Assembly: GCF_006345805.1 (NCBI RefSeq)
Contig: NC_043000.1
Coordinates: 126,170,001-126,234,000, forward strand
Source of the DNA: Octopus sinensis
Lineage: Eukaryota
DNA length: 64,000 bases
Reading direction: 5' to 3'
Part shown: piece after piece, positions 37,007-51,337 of the stretch
Layout: the number at the start of each line of letters is the position of its first letter
How positions within the stretch are numbered: position 1 is the first letter of the stretch
Program-made: the position numbers and the translations under genes
The notes under the pieces: generated by a model
The model's input: only the letters and a program-made list of their open reading frames with translations
Databases searched by the model: none
What the model was told of the DNA's origin: nothing

Positions 37007-38879
37007 TATGTGACAAATCATAACATGCATGTTATATGATTTGTCAACCATGTTACTGAAACAATTGTAACCCGTCGAATAAATGTAATAACAATGTACT
37101 CCATTATTTCTTTACTTATGTTCTGCCCTGAATATATCATCGTTGTCGCCACCGTCATTTAATGCCTGTTTTCCATGTTAACATCAGTTGGGACGGCTTG
37201 ACAGGAGCTGGCAACCCCGGAGGCCACAAGTTCCAGAGTCTGTTTTTTCTTGCTTTCTACAATTGGGCGCCTTTCTCAACGCCAACCACTCTACAGTTTA
37301 CTGGATGCTTTTAACGTAGCCCCCACCGGTACTTTTTACGTGGCACCAGCACCAATGCTTTTTATACGGTACCACCACTTTCTGCATTTTCAGTTTGTAT
37401 GAAACTGGTTTTTCCACTGGACATTCCTCTCACCTATTCATATATTATCCACCCATAGAAACCATGCCAAAGCATACAGTGTAGCTTAGTATAGTCCTCT
37501 GGCTCGTCGCTTCGTGTCAAACCGTCCAACCCTTGCCAGCATGGAAAACGAATGTTAATCGATGATTGCGGAGCATCGTCAGAGTTCTGGGATACGAAAA
37601 TCATACCAGGATATTCGCATATCTAAAGCAACGACTCTCAAACGGTGCGTCACAAAGGTATTATCTAGATACACTGCGGGTTTTGCAAAGATATCGTGTA
37701 ATGCTTTTAAAAATCTGCGCTAATGTATGAACGACTTGAAAAAAACGTGCTATTCATAAGATTATCATATACACCTTTCATCAATAAAACAAAGAAAGCA
37801 GAAGTGATTTTATATATTTTAACTTTAAACATAGTTGCATGCTTTGAGCTTCAAATGCAAAGTGAGTCAATAAATCTTTGTTTGATCTCAGACGTGTCAC
37901 GAAATGAAAAAGATGAAGATTTGATCTCGAAGGGAGATAGTTATCGAGTGATCTTTCAAAGTTATCTCCCCTTCAATTCTTAAAAAAAAAAAAAATCAAG
38001 TAAGTAAATGTAGTTTAGCCCTCAAGCGAGCCCTGATTAAAAAGAGCAGTAGGCATTCCACTCATGACCATTACATCTGTTTGTATATCCAGAAAAATTT
38101 AACTGTATCCATTATCCAATATATCATTTCTGAGATACAGTGAGGGACATTTGGTTGCTATTTCTAGCATGTCAAAAGACTACCTAGAGATTCTTACCAA
38201 TAAAAGCATTAACTTCATAACATACTTTACTTATTTCAGTCATTTGACTGTGGCCATGCTGGAGCACCGCCTTTAATCGAGTAAATCGACTCCAGGGCTT
38301 ATTCTTTGTAAGCCTAGTACTTATTCTATCGGTCTCTTTTTGCTGAACCGCTAAGTTACGGGGACTTAAACATACCAGCATCGGTTGTCAAGCAATGTTG
38401 GGGGGAACAAACACAGACACACAAACATATACACACACACACACACACACATATATGAAGGACTTCTTTCAGTTTCCATCTACCAAATCCACTCACAAGG
38501 CTTTGGTTGGCCTGAGGCTATAGTAGAAGACACTTGCCCAAGGTGCCATGAGGTGGGACTGAACCTGTAACCATGTGGTTCGTAAGCATGCTACTTACCA
38601 CACAGCCACTCCTTATATTTCAATTTCAATTTAAAATTTTAAGTGCCCAGTGGCGAGCGGTGTTTGGTGTTGCACACAAGGAGTAGTAAATTTGTAAACT
38701 TGTCAGCTCCATATCTACAGGCGTGGACAGGAGCCCTGATCGGTAACTACTACACAGCTTCCATTTATGGCTTTCAGAAGTAGATTGTGCACACCTGCTT
38801 ACAAAGTTCTACATACGTGAATGAATTCTAAACAATAACACAACTATAAATTTAATCAATAAAAACTTCTCCACAATAC

Positions 38880-39113
38880 CTATTTCTTTACTACCCACAA
38901 GGGGCTAAACACAGAGAGGACAATCAAGGACAGACAAACGGATTAAGTCGATTACATTGACCCCAGTGTGTAACAGGTACTTATTTAATCGACCAGAAAG
39001 GATGAAAGGCAAAGTTGACCTCAGCGGAATTTGAACTCAGAACATAGCGGCAGACGAAATACCGCTAAGCATTTTGCCCAGTGTGCTAACGTTTCTGCCA
39101 GCCCACCACCTTA
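38880..39113 (-). mobile_element. SINE family B with TSD AACTTCTCCACAATACCT
   Basis: 18-bp direct repeat on both flanks. Confidence 0.9.
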
Positions 39114-39310
39114 ACTTCTCCACAATACCTCTCTACCACAACCCATCCTACAACCTAATTACCACTCCACTCAAACCCCCATACCCAAGGAAGATTTTCA
39201 CACAACCAAGATTATATAAAGCCAAGATAAACTTCAACAGACTGCAGTCCAACAATGGCTTAACTGGTTGAAACTTCAAAGTCACTGTCAACAACATTCT
39301 TGTTTAAGAA

Positions 39311-39705
39311 TATATATATATAAAAGTGAGGTTGTGTGGTGTCTGTCTCCAACGATTTAGATTCCTAACTACTCCCACATTTTGCGGTGCAGTTTAACCA
39401 AAAGTGGGTATCTTATAGTTGTGATTCATATCGAGCCCTTCTGGGTATTAGCGCACATCTACGATGAGTCTACGATTTAAAAAAAAATTTACCATAATTT
39501 TTTCCCATTTTTAATGCATTTTTGGCATATATAAGGGAAGTAACTCTCCAAAAATGTATTATTAAATCTCAGAACGTATAAAGCTACAGTAACACCCCCC
39601 TTTGTGGTTAGCCATATTGAGATGGCTATTATACTTTACATCTCTAAAAATGCTTATATAGTTATTTCCCTTACAAACCCGAGCAACGCCGGGCGATACT
39701 GCTAG
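39311..39705 (+). mobile_element. Non-autonomous Helitron (opposite orientation)
   Basis: Ends CCCGAGCAACGCCGGGCGATACTGCTAG|T; homologous to 31733-32128. Confidence 0.85.
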
Positions 39706-39951
39706 TATATATATACAAAGTAAGATAGGGGTTATGGGTGAAACCCACTATGGGATATCATTTATCCAATATACTGTTGGTAACCGTCCAACCCATGCTA
39801 GCATGGAAAACGGATGCTAAACGATGATGATGATGATGATGATGATGAAAGTACCCAAATTCTTAATACATAAATGTTTTTAACTGCAATGCAATTAAGT
39901 CATTTATTATATTAAACAGGTGAAGGTAAAGAAATATTTTTACTGTAAATT

Positions 39952-40151
39952 TATAATACAAATAAGAAAATGAGAAACAAATTTGGTTTGTTCATCAACT
40001 TACGGATATTATAATGCTGGATTATTTATTCATTTTACAAATGAGAACATCAAAGGCATGCAAAAATATTATATAAAACAGTAGATAAGATAATAATACA
40101 GATACGATGAACAAACCAAATTTGTTTCTCCATTTTCTTATTTGTATTATA
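39952..40151. mobile_element. Small MITE-like element with ~45-bp TIRs
   Basis: TATAATACAAATAAGAAAATGAGAAACAAATTTGGTTTGTTCATC and its reverse complement (1-bp indel). Confidence 0.75.
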
Positions 40152-40804
40152 TATATATATATATATATATATACATACATGCTTCAGTTATTAGATTTTG
40201 GCCATGCTAGTACTGCCTTCAGGAGTTTTGGTTGAGTGAATCAACCCCAGTAATTTTTTTTTAAGCTGGTCTATTTTGCTGAACTGCTAAGTTGTATGTA
40301 CACAAACCAACACCAGTTGTGAAGCAATGGTGGAGAACACACACACACACACACACACACATAACAAGGATAAAATCATGTAAATACCAAGAGGCCAAGA
40401 TGCAGGAGCTAAAGACGGTTTTATAACGTTTTTTGGTGTATTCTTAAAACATGTTGGAGCAGGGTTTTTTTTCTGTTCCCTTATATAATTATATGATTAA
40501 TATATATAATTATTATTTTAGTATATGTATATATGGTGGATGCACATGGCTTAGTGGTTAGGGTGTCAGTATCGTGATTGTAAGATTGCGGTTTCGGTTC
40601 CTGGACTGAGCGACGTGTTGCGTTCTTGAGTAAAACACTTCATTTCACGTTGCTCCAGTCCACTCAGCCGGCAAAAATGAGGAACGCTGCGATGGACTTG
40701 CATCCTGTCCAGCTTGGGAACACATATGCCATTGAAACTGGGAAACCGGGCCCATGAGCTTGGCTAGGCTTTAAAGGGGCGCATTTATTTATTATATGTA
40801 TATA

Positions 40805-41448
40805 TGAGAGCTCCAACCTCTGCTGGCAACTATGGGTCTCTCTCTCTCAGAAAGAAAGGCAGATTGTATGATGCCTGTGTATGAACAGCTATGCTATATG
40901 GTAGTGAAACATGGGCTGTGACAGCCAAGGACATGTGTAGGCTTGAAAGGAATGAAGCTAGTGTGCTTCACTGGATGTGCAATGTTAGTGTGCATGTTTG
41001 ACAGAGTGTAAGCATCTTGAGAAAAAAGTTAGGCATAAGAGGAATATGATGTGGTGTGTCAGAGAGAGATTGCACTGGTATGGTCATGTGGTGTGTATGG
41101 ATGAGGACAGCTATGTAAAGAAGTGCCAATCTCTAACTGTGGAGGGAACATGCAGTAGAGGTAGACCCAGGAAGACATAGGACAAGGTGGTGAAGCATGA
41201 TCTTTGACTTTTGAGCCTCACAGAGGTAATGACTAGTGACTGAGACCTTTGGTGGTATGCTGTGCTTGAAAAGACCCTTCAAGTTAAGTGAAATTGTAGA
41301 CATGGCTGATGCTGGTGTCACATAGCTGGCACCCATGCCAGTGGCATGTAAAGAACACCTTTTGAGTGTTGGGGCTCCTGAAGGCAAAGTGGCTGAGTTC
41401 CTTCCAAGTGTTGGGCCTCATGGAGGCAAAGTGGCTGATGATGATGAT
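40805..41448 (+). mobile_element. Older 5'-truncated RTE copy
   Basis: ..GRLYDACV*TAMLYGSETWAVTAKDM..WYGHVVCMDEDSYVKKCQSLTVEGTCSRGRPRKT. Confidence 0.9.
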
Positions 41449-41689
41449 ATATATATATATATATATATACATTCAATGGGCTTCTTTCAGTTTCCATTTA
41501 CCAAATCCACTCATTAGGCTTTGATTAACTGTAGGCTGTAATAAAAGATACTTAACCAAGGTGTCAGACAGTAGGACTGAACCCAGAACCATGTGGTTGG
41601 GAAGCTAACTTTTTAATTAGTGACACAGAATGTAACAGATATGGTTTCAGCCCATGGAAGAGCTTCTGATGCAGGGACTGTGTCCACAA

Positions 41690-42380
41690 TATATACAAGA
41701 TCTTTGAGACTGATATTATCAACACAGTCAACATTCCTCTTGAACAGGTGCAGGTGTCCAGGTGCAGGAAACATGTTCAGGGAATAAGAATTCCAAAGGA
41801 CCTGAACTTCTTCAAATAGACAAAAACCTGAGGGAAGTGGCAATACTGCTGAAAAAGCATGGTTAGAAAGATGTGTCTGGAATTGATGTATGGGGACCTT
41901 TTGAAGAAACATACCTGGGGATGGGAGAAGGAATGGATACAGTGGTTTGTGGTGGAGTCTAAGATCATGGATATAATAGAAGTCATAGGAGAACAGGTGG
42001 GAGAAATTGGAATGGGAATGCCTGAGTAAGGCACCAAAAGACCAATCAGTGCCAAAACAAGACATACAATGCTTACAGAAAATCAGTCATTTTCCAAACT
42101 GTATGGCTTTTGCAACTATGGCAAGATCATCGTCTAAACCACAAAAGATGTCACCATGAGTCACGTGGTTTTCAAGCTCTTCCACCTTCCAGAGAGATTA
42201 GGCAGCTCTCTCTTATAGGTTGACTAACCATGTAAAGAATCATCCATTCACTTGAAAACCTATTACTGTTGTACAAACCCAATCCAACTATTTCTGGGCC
42301 ACCTTTGACCAAAGACCTTCCAAATATGACCTTCCAGTTCTCTAAGGCATTATGTATCTGATTACAATATTCATTCACTG
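41690..42380 (-). mobile_element. Decayed CR1/Jockey-group LINE RT C-terminal fragment
   Basis: LENWK..SLVK..GL..RFSSEWMILY; KAIQ; VLWNSYSLNMFPAPGHLHLFKRNV resemble L.WK.HI.SLAK / KAIRL / LWNSLP..VFP...L..FK motifs. Confidence 0.6.
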
Positions 42381-45119
42381 CTCTCTTTTCTTGAAACATT
42401 ATGGTTATGATTTGAGAAGATTTTGTTGTTATTTATAGCAAGTCAGGAGACCACATAAAAGATCTCTCTTGGGTTGTTTAGTCTCAGATCAGACTTGATC
42501 TAGCAGACACAGGAGCAAATATGTTTGAGCCCAGGTACCAAACACTTTATCATCCATCATATCAGTGTCATCCTCATCATTTAATGTTTGTTTTCCATGC
42601 TGGCATGGGTTGGATGGTTTGATGAGCTGGCCAGCTAGAGAGCTACCTGGGTTCCATTTTGTTCATTTTGGCATGGTTTCTATGGCTAGAGGCCCTTCCT
42701 AATGCCAACCATTTTACAGAGTGTATTGGGTGCTTTTAACATGGCACCAGTGTGTCATTCTTATATTTAAGGCAGTAGGACATCAGATTTCTAAAAATAA
42801 CTGAAAGCTTTGGAAAAGCCATTCTAATGCTTGAGTATTTAAAAAAATAAATGTTTATTCATAATCTTGTTAAACACAAGCATGAGTATTAAAACAAGAT
42901 AAGCAATATTTTATTTTATATCTTTCCAAATCTTTAGCTTTAAAAATTGTTTTATTTTTTAATTTTCATGATGCAAAGAGTGCCAGTTTTTTAAAATTTA
43001 TCTATTTTTTTCACCAGGTTTCCAATGATCTTCAAAGTCAAAAGAATCCAAAGTTACTAAGGCAGCATATAACAGAGGCAGCAGATTTTCAGAGTAGCTG
43101 TCACATATAAAATGGAATTTCTTTTCGGGAGAGGGAGAAGGGGTTAGGATTTTTTGACATTTTATAGTATCCTACATTGCAATACACTAGTAAATCACTT
43201 TTTTTAATTATTTAAAAATCCATGTTTTTCAAATGTCTCCCATCACCAGCTCCACTTTAACAAACCTTTGCTGTAGCTGCCACATTTAAAACAAATTTTT
43301 CTTTTTTGTAATTTTCTATCCTTTTATATTTGACATTCTGAAATACTTGTAATTCACATTAAGAAAAAAATTTTAACCCCACCCTTCTTTGTTGTAGCTT
43401 TCAAGATTAAAATGATTTTTAAAAAGTTATTTATCATGTTTCTTTTCTGTAATTTTCTGTTAACACTTTTGCCATTCTGTAAAATCCTTCCCTTTTCTAT
43501 ACGGCACAAAAAGTAACAAAATCATACTTACCATTTATTTAATGTCTCCCCACCCCCTCATATTACAAATTTTGTTCACACTTTTGCCATTCTGTAAGAG
43601 CATTTTCTTTACAACATAAAAATTAAATGAATTAAAAGAAAAGACACAAGAGTTCATTAACTTTTACCTGATTTCACCAATTCCTGCATTGACATTTTCC
43701 CATTAATAGGTTTTGATTCATGGACAAAAAAAATGCCCCTTCCCTCACTGAAAAGAAATATTTGTTTAGTTAGAAAACAACAAATAGAAATAGAAATTAG
43801 CATAATTCTCATCACACTGGATTTTACATTCCGTATATTTTTCAAAACCCATTCCACCCTCTACACACATACACCCCCACCCCCACCCCACCCACAAGAC
43901 AAAATTGTGGATCAGTATTTTTTCCATTTCAAGACACCAAAAAAAAAACAAGCAATCAGCTTCAGCAATTGTCTTCTTCCATAGAATCAGGTTGACCAAA
44001 ACTTTACGAATGTAGTTTGATAGAGGGGGAAACTGTGGAAGAAAAACCTTAGGAAACATTTATGTCGTTGGGTGTAGATTTAAGCTGTTATCCATTTCAA
44101 TACCACTGCTTCATCTCGTTACAAGTATTTACAGCAGGTCTCTGCAAAGTGCCATGGGGTACTGTCCCCACTATTTTGACTTGAGGCCTCTTTTACTCTT
44201 TTACTTGTTTCAGTCATGTGACTGTGGCCATGCTGGAGCACTGCCTTTAGTCGAGAAATCGACCCTAAGACTTATTTTTTGTAAGCCTAATACTTATTCT
44301 ATCGGTCTCTTTTGCTGAACCGCTAAGTTATGGGGACGTAAACACACCAGCATCGGTTGTCAAGCGATGTTGGGGGAACAAACACAGACATGCAAACACA
44401 CACACACACATACATACATACATACATACATACATACACACATACATATACACGATGGGCTTCTTTCAGCTTCTGTCTACCAAATCCACTCACAAGGCTT
44501 TGGTCAGCCCAAGGCTATAGTAGAAAACATTTGCCCAAGAAGCCACGCAGTGGGACTGAACCTGGAACCATGTGGTTGGTAAGCAAGCTACTTACCACAC
44601 AGCCACTCCTACGCCTACTAAAGAGTACAGCGGGGTTCACCCCACTCCGCTGGAGCCTCGTGGAGCTTAGGTGTTTTGGCTCAATAAACACTCACAATGC
44701 CTGGTCTGGGAATTGAAACCATGTTCTTACAACCGTGAGTCCGCTGCCCTTACCACTGGGCCATTGTGCCTCCATATTTTCGTTTTCAATTTATAATTCA
44801 GTACATGTCTTGCACTTTGAAATAGTTATACAAAAAAATGGATAAAATCAATCAATATTTTTATATCAATTTAATTTGTAGCTAATGTCCTCTGAAATCT
44901 GATACTAAATTCTTATATATTTTAAAGGATTATAATAAAAAGTTATAATCCATATCAATAAAAGAAATATTATTGCAACAGAATCCTTTTGAGATTTTAA
45001 AATAATTGAAAATATCTGTTCAAAGAAAAACTAGACAATATTTATTTATCTTCACAAATTCAACATACTGAAATATTTAAAACTAAAGTCTTTTATATGT
45101 AATTTCATAATAACATTGA

Positions 45120-45849
45120 TGTGGCAGTGTGGTAAGTAGCTTGCTTACGAACCACGTGGTTCCAGGTTCAGTCCCACTGCATGGCACCTTGGGCAAGTGT
45201 CTTTTACTATAGCCTCGGGCCAACCAAAGCCTTGTGAGTGGATTTGGTAGACGGAAACTGAAAGAAGCCTGTTGTATGTATGTATGTATGTATGTATATA
45301 TATATATATATATATCATCATCATCATCATCATCGTTTAACGTCCGCTTTCCATGCTAGCATGGGTTGGACGGTTCAACTGGGGTCTGGCAAGCCCGAAG
45401 GCTGCACCAGGCCAGTCAGATCTGGCAGTGTTTCTACAGCTGGATGCCCTTCCTAACGCCAACCACTCTGAGAGTGTAGTGGGTGATTTTATGTGCCACC
45501 GACACAGGTGCCAGACGAGGCTGGCAGACGGCCACGCTCGGATGGTGTTTTTTATGTGCCACCGACACAGGTGCCAGACGAGGCTGGCTGACGGCCACGC
45601 TCGGATGGTGTTTTCTTATGTGTCACCGACACAGGTGCCAGACGAGGCTGGCGGACGGCCACGCTCAGATGGTGTTTGTTACGTGCCCTCAGCACGGAGG
45701 CCAGTCGTTGCGGTACTGGCTACGGTCACGTTCGGATGGTTTTCTTATGTGCCACCGGCACTGGTACCACAAGTATACAAATTCCATTGATGTTCATCTA
45801 TTTTGATTTGGTTCGATTTGATTTGATTTGATTCGATTCGATTCTCACT

Positions 45850-45880
<31 letters not shown>

Positions 45881-46075
45881 CTGTGCTTGACAATCAATAT
45901 GCTAGTGTGTTTACGTCTCCGTAACTTATCAGTTCGGCAAAAGAGAATGATAGAATAAGTAGTAGGCTTACAAAGACTAAGTCTTGGGGTCGATTTGCTC
46001 GACTAAAAGGCGGTGCTCCAGCATGGCCCCAGTCAAAATTAGTAAAACAGGCAAAAAAATAAGAGTAAAAGAGTA
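45120..46075 (+). mobile_element. SINE family A split by an RTE 3'-UTR insertion (45315-45850, minus) in its central TA tract
   Basis: SINE head before and tail after; insert has (CAT)n tail and four ~57-bp tandem units, flanked by (TA)n. Confidence 0.85.
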
Positions 46076-46696
46076 CCAACATAAGAATTTACAGCATCAA
46101 AGAACCTGAAAAGACTGTGGCTGGTCTTAGAACTCTACTTGAATTTATGTCTGAATTTATCTCTGAATTGTCCTGAACAGCAAGAAATAAAGAAGATAAA
46201 GAAGTGTTACTTCAACATCACTGAATGCTTTTTAAAAATGTTTAAAAAAAAAAGTTCAGAGTCCACAGCCCTTTCATATCATGAATGTTTTATTGATATT
46301 GTTAATAAGACTGTTTGCATTATTTAGCCTTATCTTTAAAAGTGAAAAGGCAAAATGCTCATTGACATTTTGTCCATCTTCAAATTCTGAATCCAAATTC
46401 TGATGTGATTGGCTTTGTCTTTCATCCTTTTGGGGGTCGATGAAATAAATATATGTGAGTGTGTGTGGGTGGGGGGAAGGGTATGTAGTTTGTTTTCTTA
46501 TCTTGACATCATGTGATTGTTGTAAATGAATGTCATTCATTTCCAATATACTGCAAAAACATGTCTGGCCATGGGGAAATTATTACCTTACTTGGAAACA
46601 GGTGAGGGTTGGTGACAAGAAGAGTATTCGGCGGTAGAAAATCTACCTCAGTGAACTCCACCTGACCCATGCAAGCATGGGGAAAAGTGGATGGGA

Positions 46697-46946
46697 TAAT
46701 GATGATGATGGTAATGATGATGATGATGATGATGATGATGATGGTGACAACGACGATGATGTTTATGATGATTATGATGTTTATGATGATTATGATGTTT
46801 ATGATGATGGTGGTGATGATGATGAACTTAATGGATGTTCATCACATTTTTTTTATGGAACTAATATTTTCAATTATATCTTCAATTTCGTTCCATAGTT
46901 TAAAGGTTGTTGAAAGTGCATCAGTCAAGTACATAGTATGACAAGC

Positions 46947-46979
<33 letters not shown>

Positions 46980-47009
46980 GTAGTAGTAGTAGTAATAATA
47001 ATAATAATG

Positions 47010-47062
<53 letters not shown>
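46697..47062. repeat. (GAT)n-derived and (TAA)n microsatellites
   Basis: Directly visible. Confidence 0.95.
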
Positions 47063-47064
<2 letters not shown>

Positions 47065-47807
47065 AGATTGGATTTTAATGTCATATGGAAAGTGTAAAAT
47101 TTTATCTCAAAAATTCAAAGAATCTAAGTTACATTCAATATTCTTTTAATTCCGAATGTGGATTTAAACCTTGAATATGCAAATGGCAGAGTAAGTAACC
47201 TTTGAATGTGAAGACAATATGACTGCCATGAGAAGCCACAGTAAGAAGAATATACAAAATTGGTTTTCTTTGAATAAACAGAGAACTGATTTTTTTTTTA
47301 TACCTTAAATATTGAATTTACATGAGGATTTTATATTCAATATGCAAAAATATGGATTATGTCTTGAATGTTAATATTGTCTTGTGGAATATTGCTGTTG
47401 CTTTGAACTTTCAGACGATGGATATTATCTCAGAACTACAGCAGTGGATTTTCTTTCAGAGTAGAATGTAATGAATATATTTTAAAGTGAAAATATAAAG
47501 AGGGAATTTTTACCTTGAAAATGCAAAATAATTGATTAATAGATCATACACCACCTTGAATATATGAAAAATAAGTTTTAGCTTTAGGATGCAGGAAGGG
47601 GATTTTTATCTTGCAGGGAAATATACAAGGTAGAATATTCCTTAAATATGTAAAAATGTTGATTTGTATATACAAAAAAAGAAAAGGTAGATAAATAAAA
47701 AAAAAAGGAATTTATCTTAAATGTGCAACTTGTAGGTTTTATGAACAATATTCAGGAAGAAATATATTTTAAACAGGCAAAGAGTGCATGTTTACCCTTA
47801 ATATATA

Positions 47808-47812
47808 CAAAT

Positions 47813-47889
<77 letters not shown>

Positions 47890-47894
47890 ATAAT

Positions 47895-47927
<33 letters not shown>

Positions 47928-47939
47928 TTATTTATTTAT

Positions 47940-48022
<83 letters not shown>

Positions 48023-48023
48023 A
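47808..48023. repeat. Long (TA)n microsatellite
   Basis: Directly visible. Confidence 0.95.
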
Positions 48024-48205
48024 TAGGTGCAGGCATGGCTGTGTGGTAAGTAGCTTGATTACCAACCACATGGTTCTGAGTTCAGTCCCACTGTGTGCCA
48101 CCTTGACCCAGTATCTTCTACTATAGCCTTGGGCTGACCAAAGCCTTTGTCAGTGGATTTGGTAGATGGAAACTGAAAGAAGCCCGTCATGTGTATGTGT
48201 ATATA

Positions 48206-48242
<37 letters not shown>

Positions 48243-49036
48243 TTGTGTGTTTGTCCCCTATCATCGCTTGACAAACTATGTTGGTATGTTTACGTTCCCG
48301 TAACTTAGCAGTTCGGCAAAAGAGTCCGATAGGATAAGTACTAGGCTCACAAAGAATTAGTCCTGGGCTCGATTTGTTCAACTAAAGGCAGTGCTCCAGC
48401 ATGGCTACAGTCAAATGACTGAAACAAATAAAAGAATAAAAGAATACGGGAATATATCAAACATAGCTTGGCAGGTAAGTTTGCTTTCCATCCATACGGT
48501 GCTGGGTTCAATCCTACTGTATGGCACCTTGGGCAAAACCATGTGAGTGAATTTGGTTTGCAGAAACTAAAAGTGCATATGTGTGCATGGCAAAATGGTC
48601 TGGGCTCCTTAGATATATACACCCTCCCTCACACACACACACACACACTCATGTATAGTGAGGTCATTTTCACTTAAATTTTATAAATGTTGATGACACC
48701 TTGAATATACATCAAGTATTAGTGTGTTAATTATTCACCATGAATAATTAACTGGGGCTCAGACATAGCTGTGCAGTTCTGGAGATGCATTGTGCAACAA
48801 AATGGTTCATATTTGGTTGATTAAAAATGTAATGGCAAGTATTTATTGACCTTTTTCTTTTCTTTAAAAATCGGCACAAACTTTCCGGACAACCCAATAG
48901 ATGCCTTGAGGGTATTTCACTCTGCTACAAGCATTTGCATTGGTTTTCCAAACTACGGATGACCCAGGTATTGTGCTTTTGCCCCTTCCTTTTAGTCACC
49001 AATCTTGAAGACCCTACAAAAGGGCTGACTGAAGCT

Positions 49037-49175
49037 GCCACCACCGCCACCACTGCCGCCACCGCCGCCACCACCACCACCATCACCATCACCACCACCA
49101 CCAACACCACCACCACCACTGCCGCCGCCGCCGCCGCCACCACCACCACCACCATCACCACCAACAACAACAACA
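49037..49175. repeat. (CCA/CCG/CAA)n trinucleotide tract
   Basis: Directly visible. Confidence 0.95.
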
Positions 49176-49652
49176 GTGTATATACTTTAAGTATGATACA
49201 TAGATGGCTGTTTCAAATTCATGAGCTTATCTAAACATCCAATATTTAGAGATGATTTTTACAGCATATAGATGAATATGTAAATTTCCTTGCGCATGTT
49301 GGAAATATTAAATTATTCTTGAAATATGCTGAATAATAACATTGAATATGCACAAACTTTACATTTGACCTTCAAGAAGAAAATAGAATTTGCCTTGAAT
49401 ATGCAAATTTTCTATAATACACAAACATTTAAATTAACTTTGAAGATACAAATAACATATTTTTTATTAATATGTAGGAAGTGGATTTCTCCTCAAATAG
49501 GTAAATGTGTAACAAGACGTTTTACTTTCAATAAAGAGTGTATATAAACATATTAACATATTCACTGTAATATTATACTGTATCTATGTTCTTTAGGGAT
49601 TTATCTTGAGTGAGAGGAAATTAGATTTTAGCTTCAATATGTTGAGCTAAAT

Positions 49653-50089
49653 AAGGCGGTGAGCTGGCAGAAACGTTAGCACGTCAGGCGAAATGCTCAA
49701 TGGTATTTCATCTGCCGTTATGTTTTGAGTTCAAATTCCGCCGAGGTCAACTTAGCCTTTCATCCTTTCGGGGGTGATAAATTAAGTACTAGTTACGCAC
49801 TGGGCTCGATGCAATCAACTTAATCTCTTTGTCTGTCCTTGTTTGTCCCCTCTATGTTTAGTACCTTGTGGGCAATAAAAAAATAAGAAACATTAGCATG
49901 TCGGGCAAAATGCTTAGTGGTATTTCGTCTGTCTTTATGTTCTGAGTTCAAATTCCGCCAAGGTCGACTCTGCCTTTCATCCTTTCGGGGGTCGATAAAT
50001 TAAGTACCACTTGTGTACTAGGGTTGATCTAATCAACTGCCCTCTACTCCTCCTCCAAAATTTCGGGCCTTGTGCCAAGTGTAAAAAAG
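49653..50089 (+). mobile_element. SINE family B dimer with TSD AATATGTTGAGCTAAA
   Basis: 16-bp direct repeat flanks the whole dimer. Confidence 0.9.
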
Positions 50090-51337
50090 AATATGTTGAG
50101 CTAAAACTTGGATAATGGATTTGACTATGAATCCATAGGAAAGATCTTCTACCTTGCTCATATCCACCTTGAACTTTGACCTCATATCTTTGCTTTTTTT
50201 GAAACATGGAAGCCACATATTCCCCTTATCAGCAAGACACCTGCTCCTGTCCCTCTGTCATACTTTCATATCCCTCCACTCAGTGGGGGATCTTGTCTTG
50301 CGAGTACTTTGTAACCTCATCAGTGCTGGTGCCATGAAAGAAAGCACCCAGTATACATTCTGTAAAGTGGTTAGTGTTAGGAAAGGCATCTAGCTGCAGA
50401 AATCATGCCAAAGCAGACATTGGAGCTCAGCACAGCCCTCTGGCTTGTCAGTTCCTGCCTAACCATTCAACCTGCATGGAAAAAGGGACATTAAATTATA
50501 AAGTATTAGAGTGGTTTTCTAAGGGATATGCGGGTAATTTATTATCTATTATAATTTATTATTTATTAACAGAATATTCCTTAAATGATCAGAGAGTGAT
50601 TTTTTTCCCTTCTATGTAGAAAGTGAATTATACTTTGAATTTGATTAAATTTGATTTTAACTTATAATATGAACAAATTGGATTATACCTGTAGTTTGAT
50701 GAATGGATTTTAGTTTTATTATGCTGGTTTCAATATTTAATATTGAATGTGGTTTAACCTTAAATTTATACATGATGGATCTTTATACTGATCTTTATAT
50801 TCAGTGTATTTAAATTGGAATATTCAAAAAGTATATTAAACTTGTTTATACATAGTGTATATATTACTTTGAATAAATAAATTGGATTTTATCATGAAGA
50901 ACAAATTTTACTTTGAATAAACAGAAAGTGCTTTTCCACCAAGAGCGTTTCCTTTGTGCTTGTACATGTTGATCATTGCCTCATCAAGAATTTCTATGTC
51001 TTATACTCCAAACACCCATTCCCCCATCACTCTTTGAACTATGGCACTATACGATGATGGTTTCACATTTATTCAGAGTATAGTCACTGTATAACACAAC
51101 AATATATATTTGTTATATTTGAAAAGTAATACAACATACGAAGTATAACACTGTATTTTTATTTATTTATAGCAGATGTGGTTGTGTGTTTAAGAAATTT
51201 GCTTCCTAATCAATTTTGGGTTCAATCCCACTCTGTGGTACTTTGAGCGAATGTCTTCTACTGAGGCCCCTGGACTAACCAAAGCATTATAAAAGAAATT
51301 GGTTGATAGCAACCAAAAGTGCATTGTATAACTAGTA

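Larger units (their letters stand above)
47068..50930. repeat. Ancient degenerate ~26-30-bp tandem array (approx. TGGATTTTATCTTGAATATGCAAAAA) interrupted by SINEs and microsatellites
   Basis: Recurrent GATTTT..CTTGAATATGCA motif in 47068-47810, 48660-48720, 49190-49650, 50090-50170 and 50500-50930. Confidence 0.6.

Noticed and set aside
45490-45770. Regularly spaced repeats resembling a CRISPR array
   Set aside because: Whole units repeat without unique spacers; part of an RTE 3' UTR in eukaryotic DNA
46669-47084. Poly-Met/Asp/Tyr ORFs
   Set aside because: Trinucleotide microsatellites
48935-49234. Mucin-like Thr/Ala ORF with hydrophobic start
   Set aside because: Driven by the (CCA/CCG)n tract; no splice or homology support
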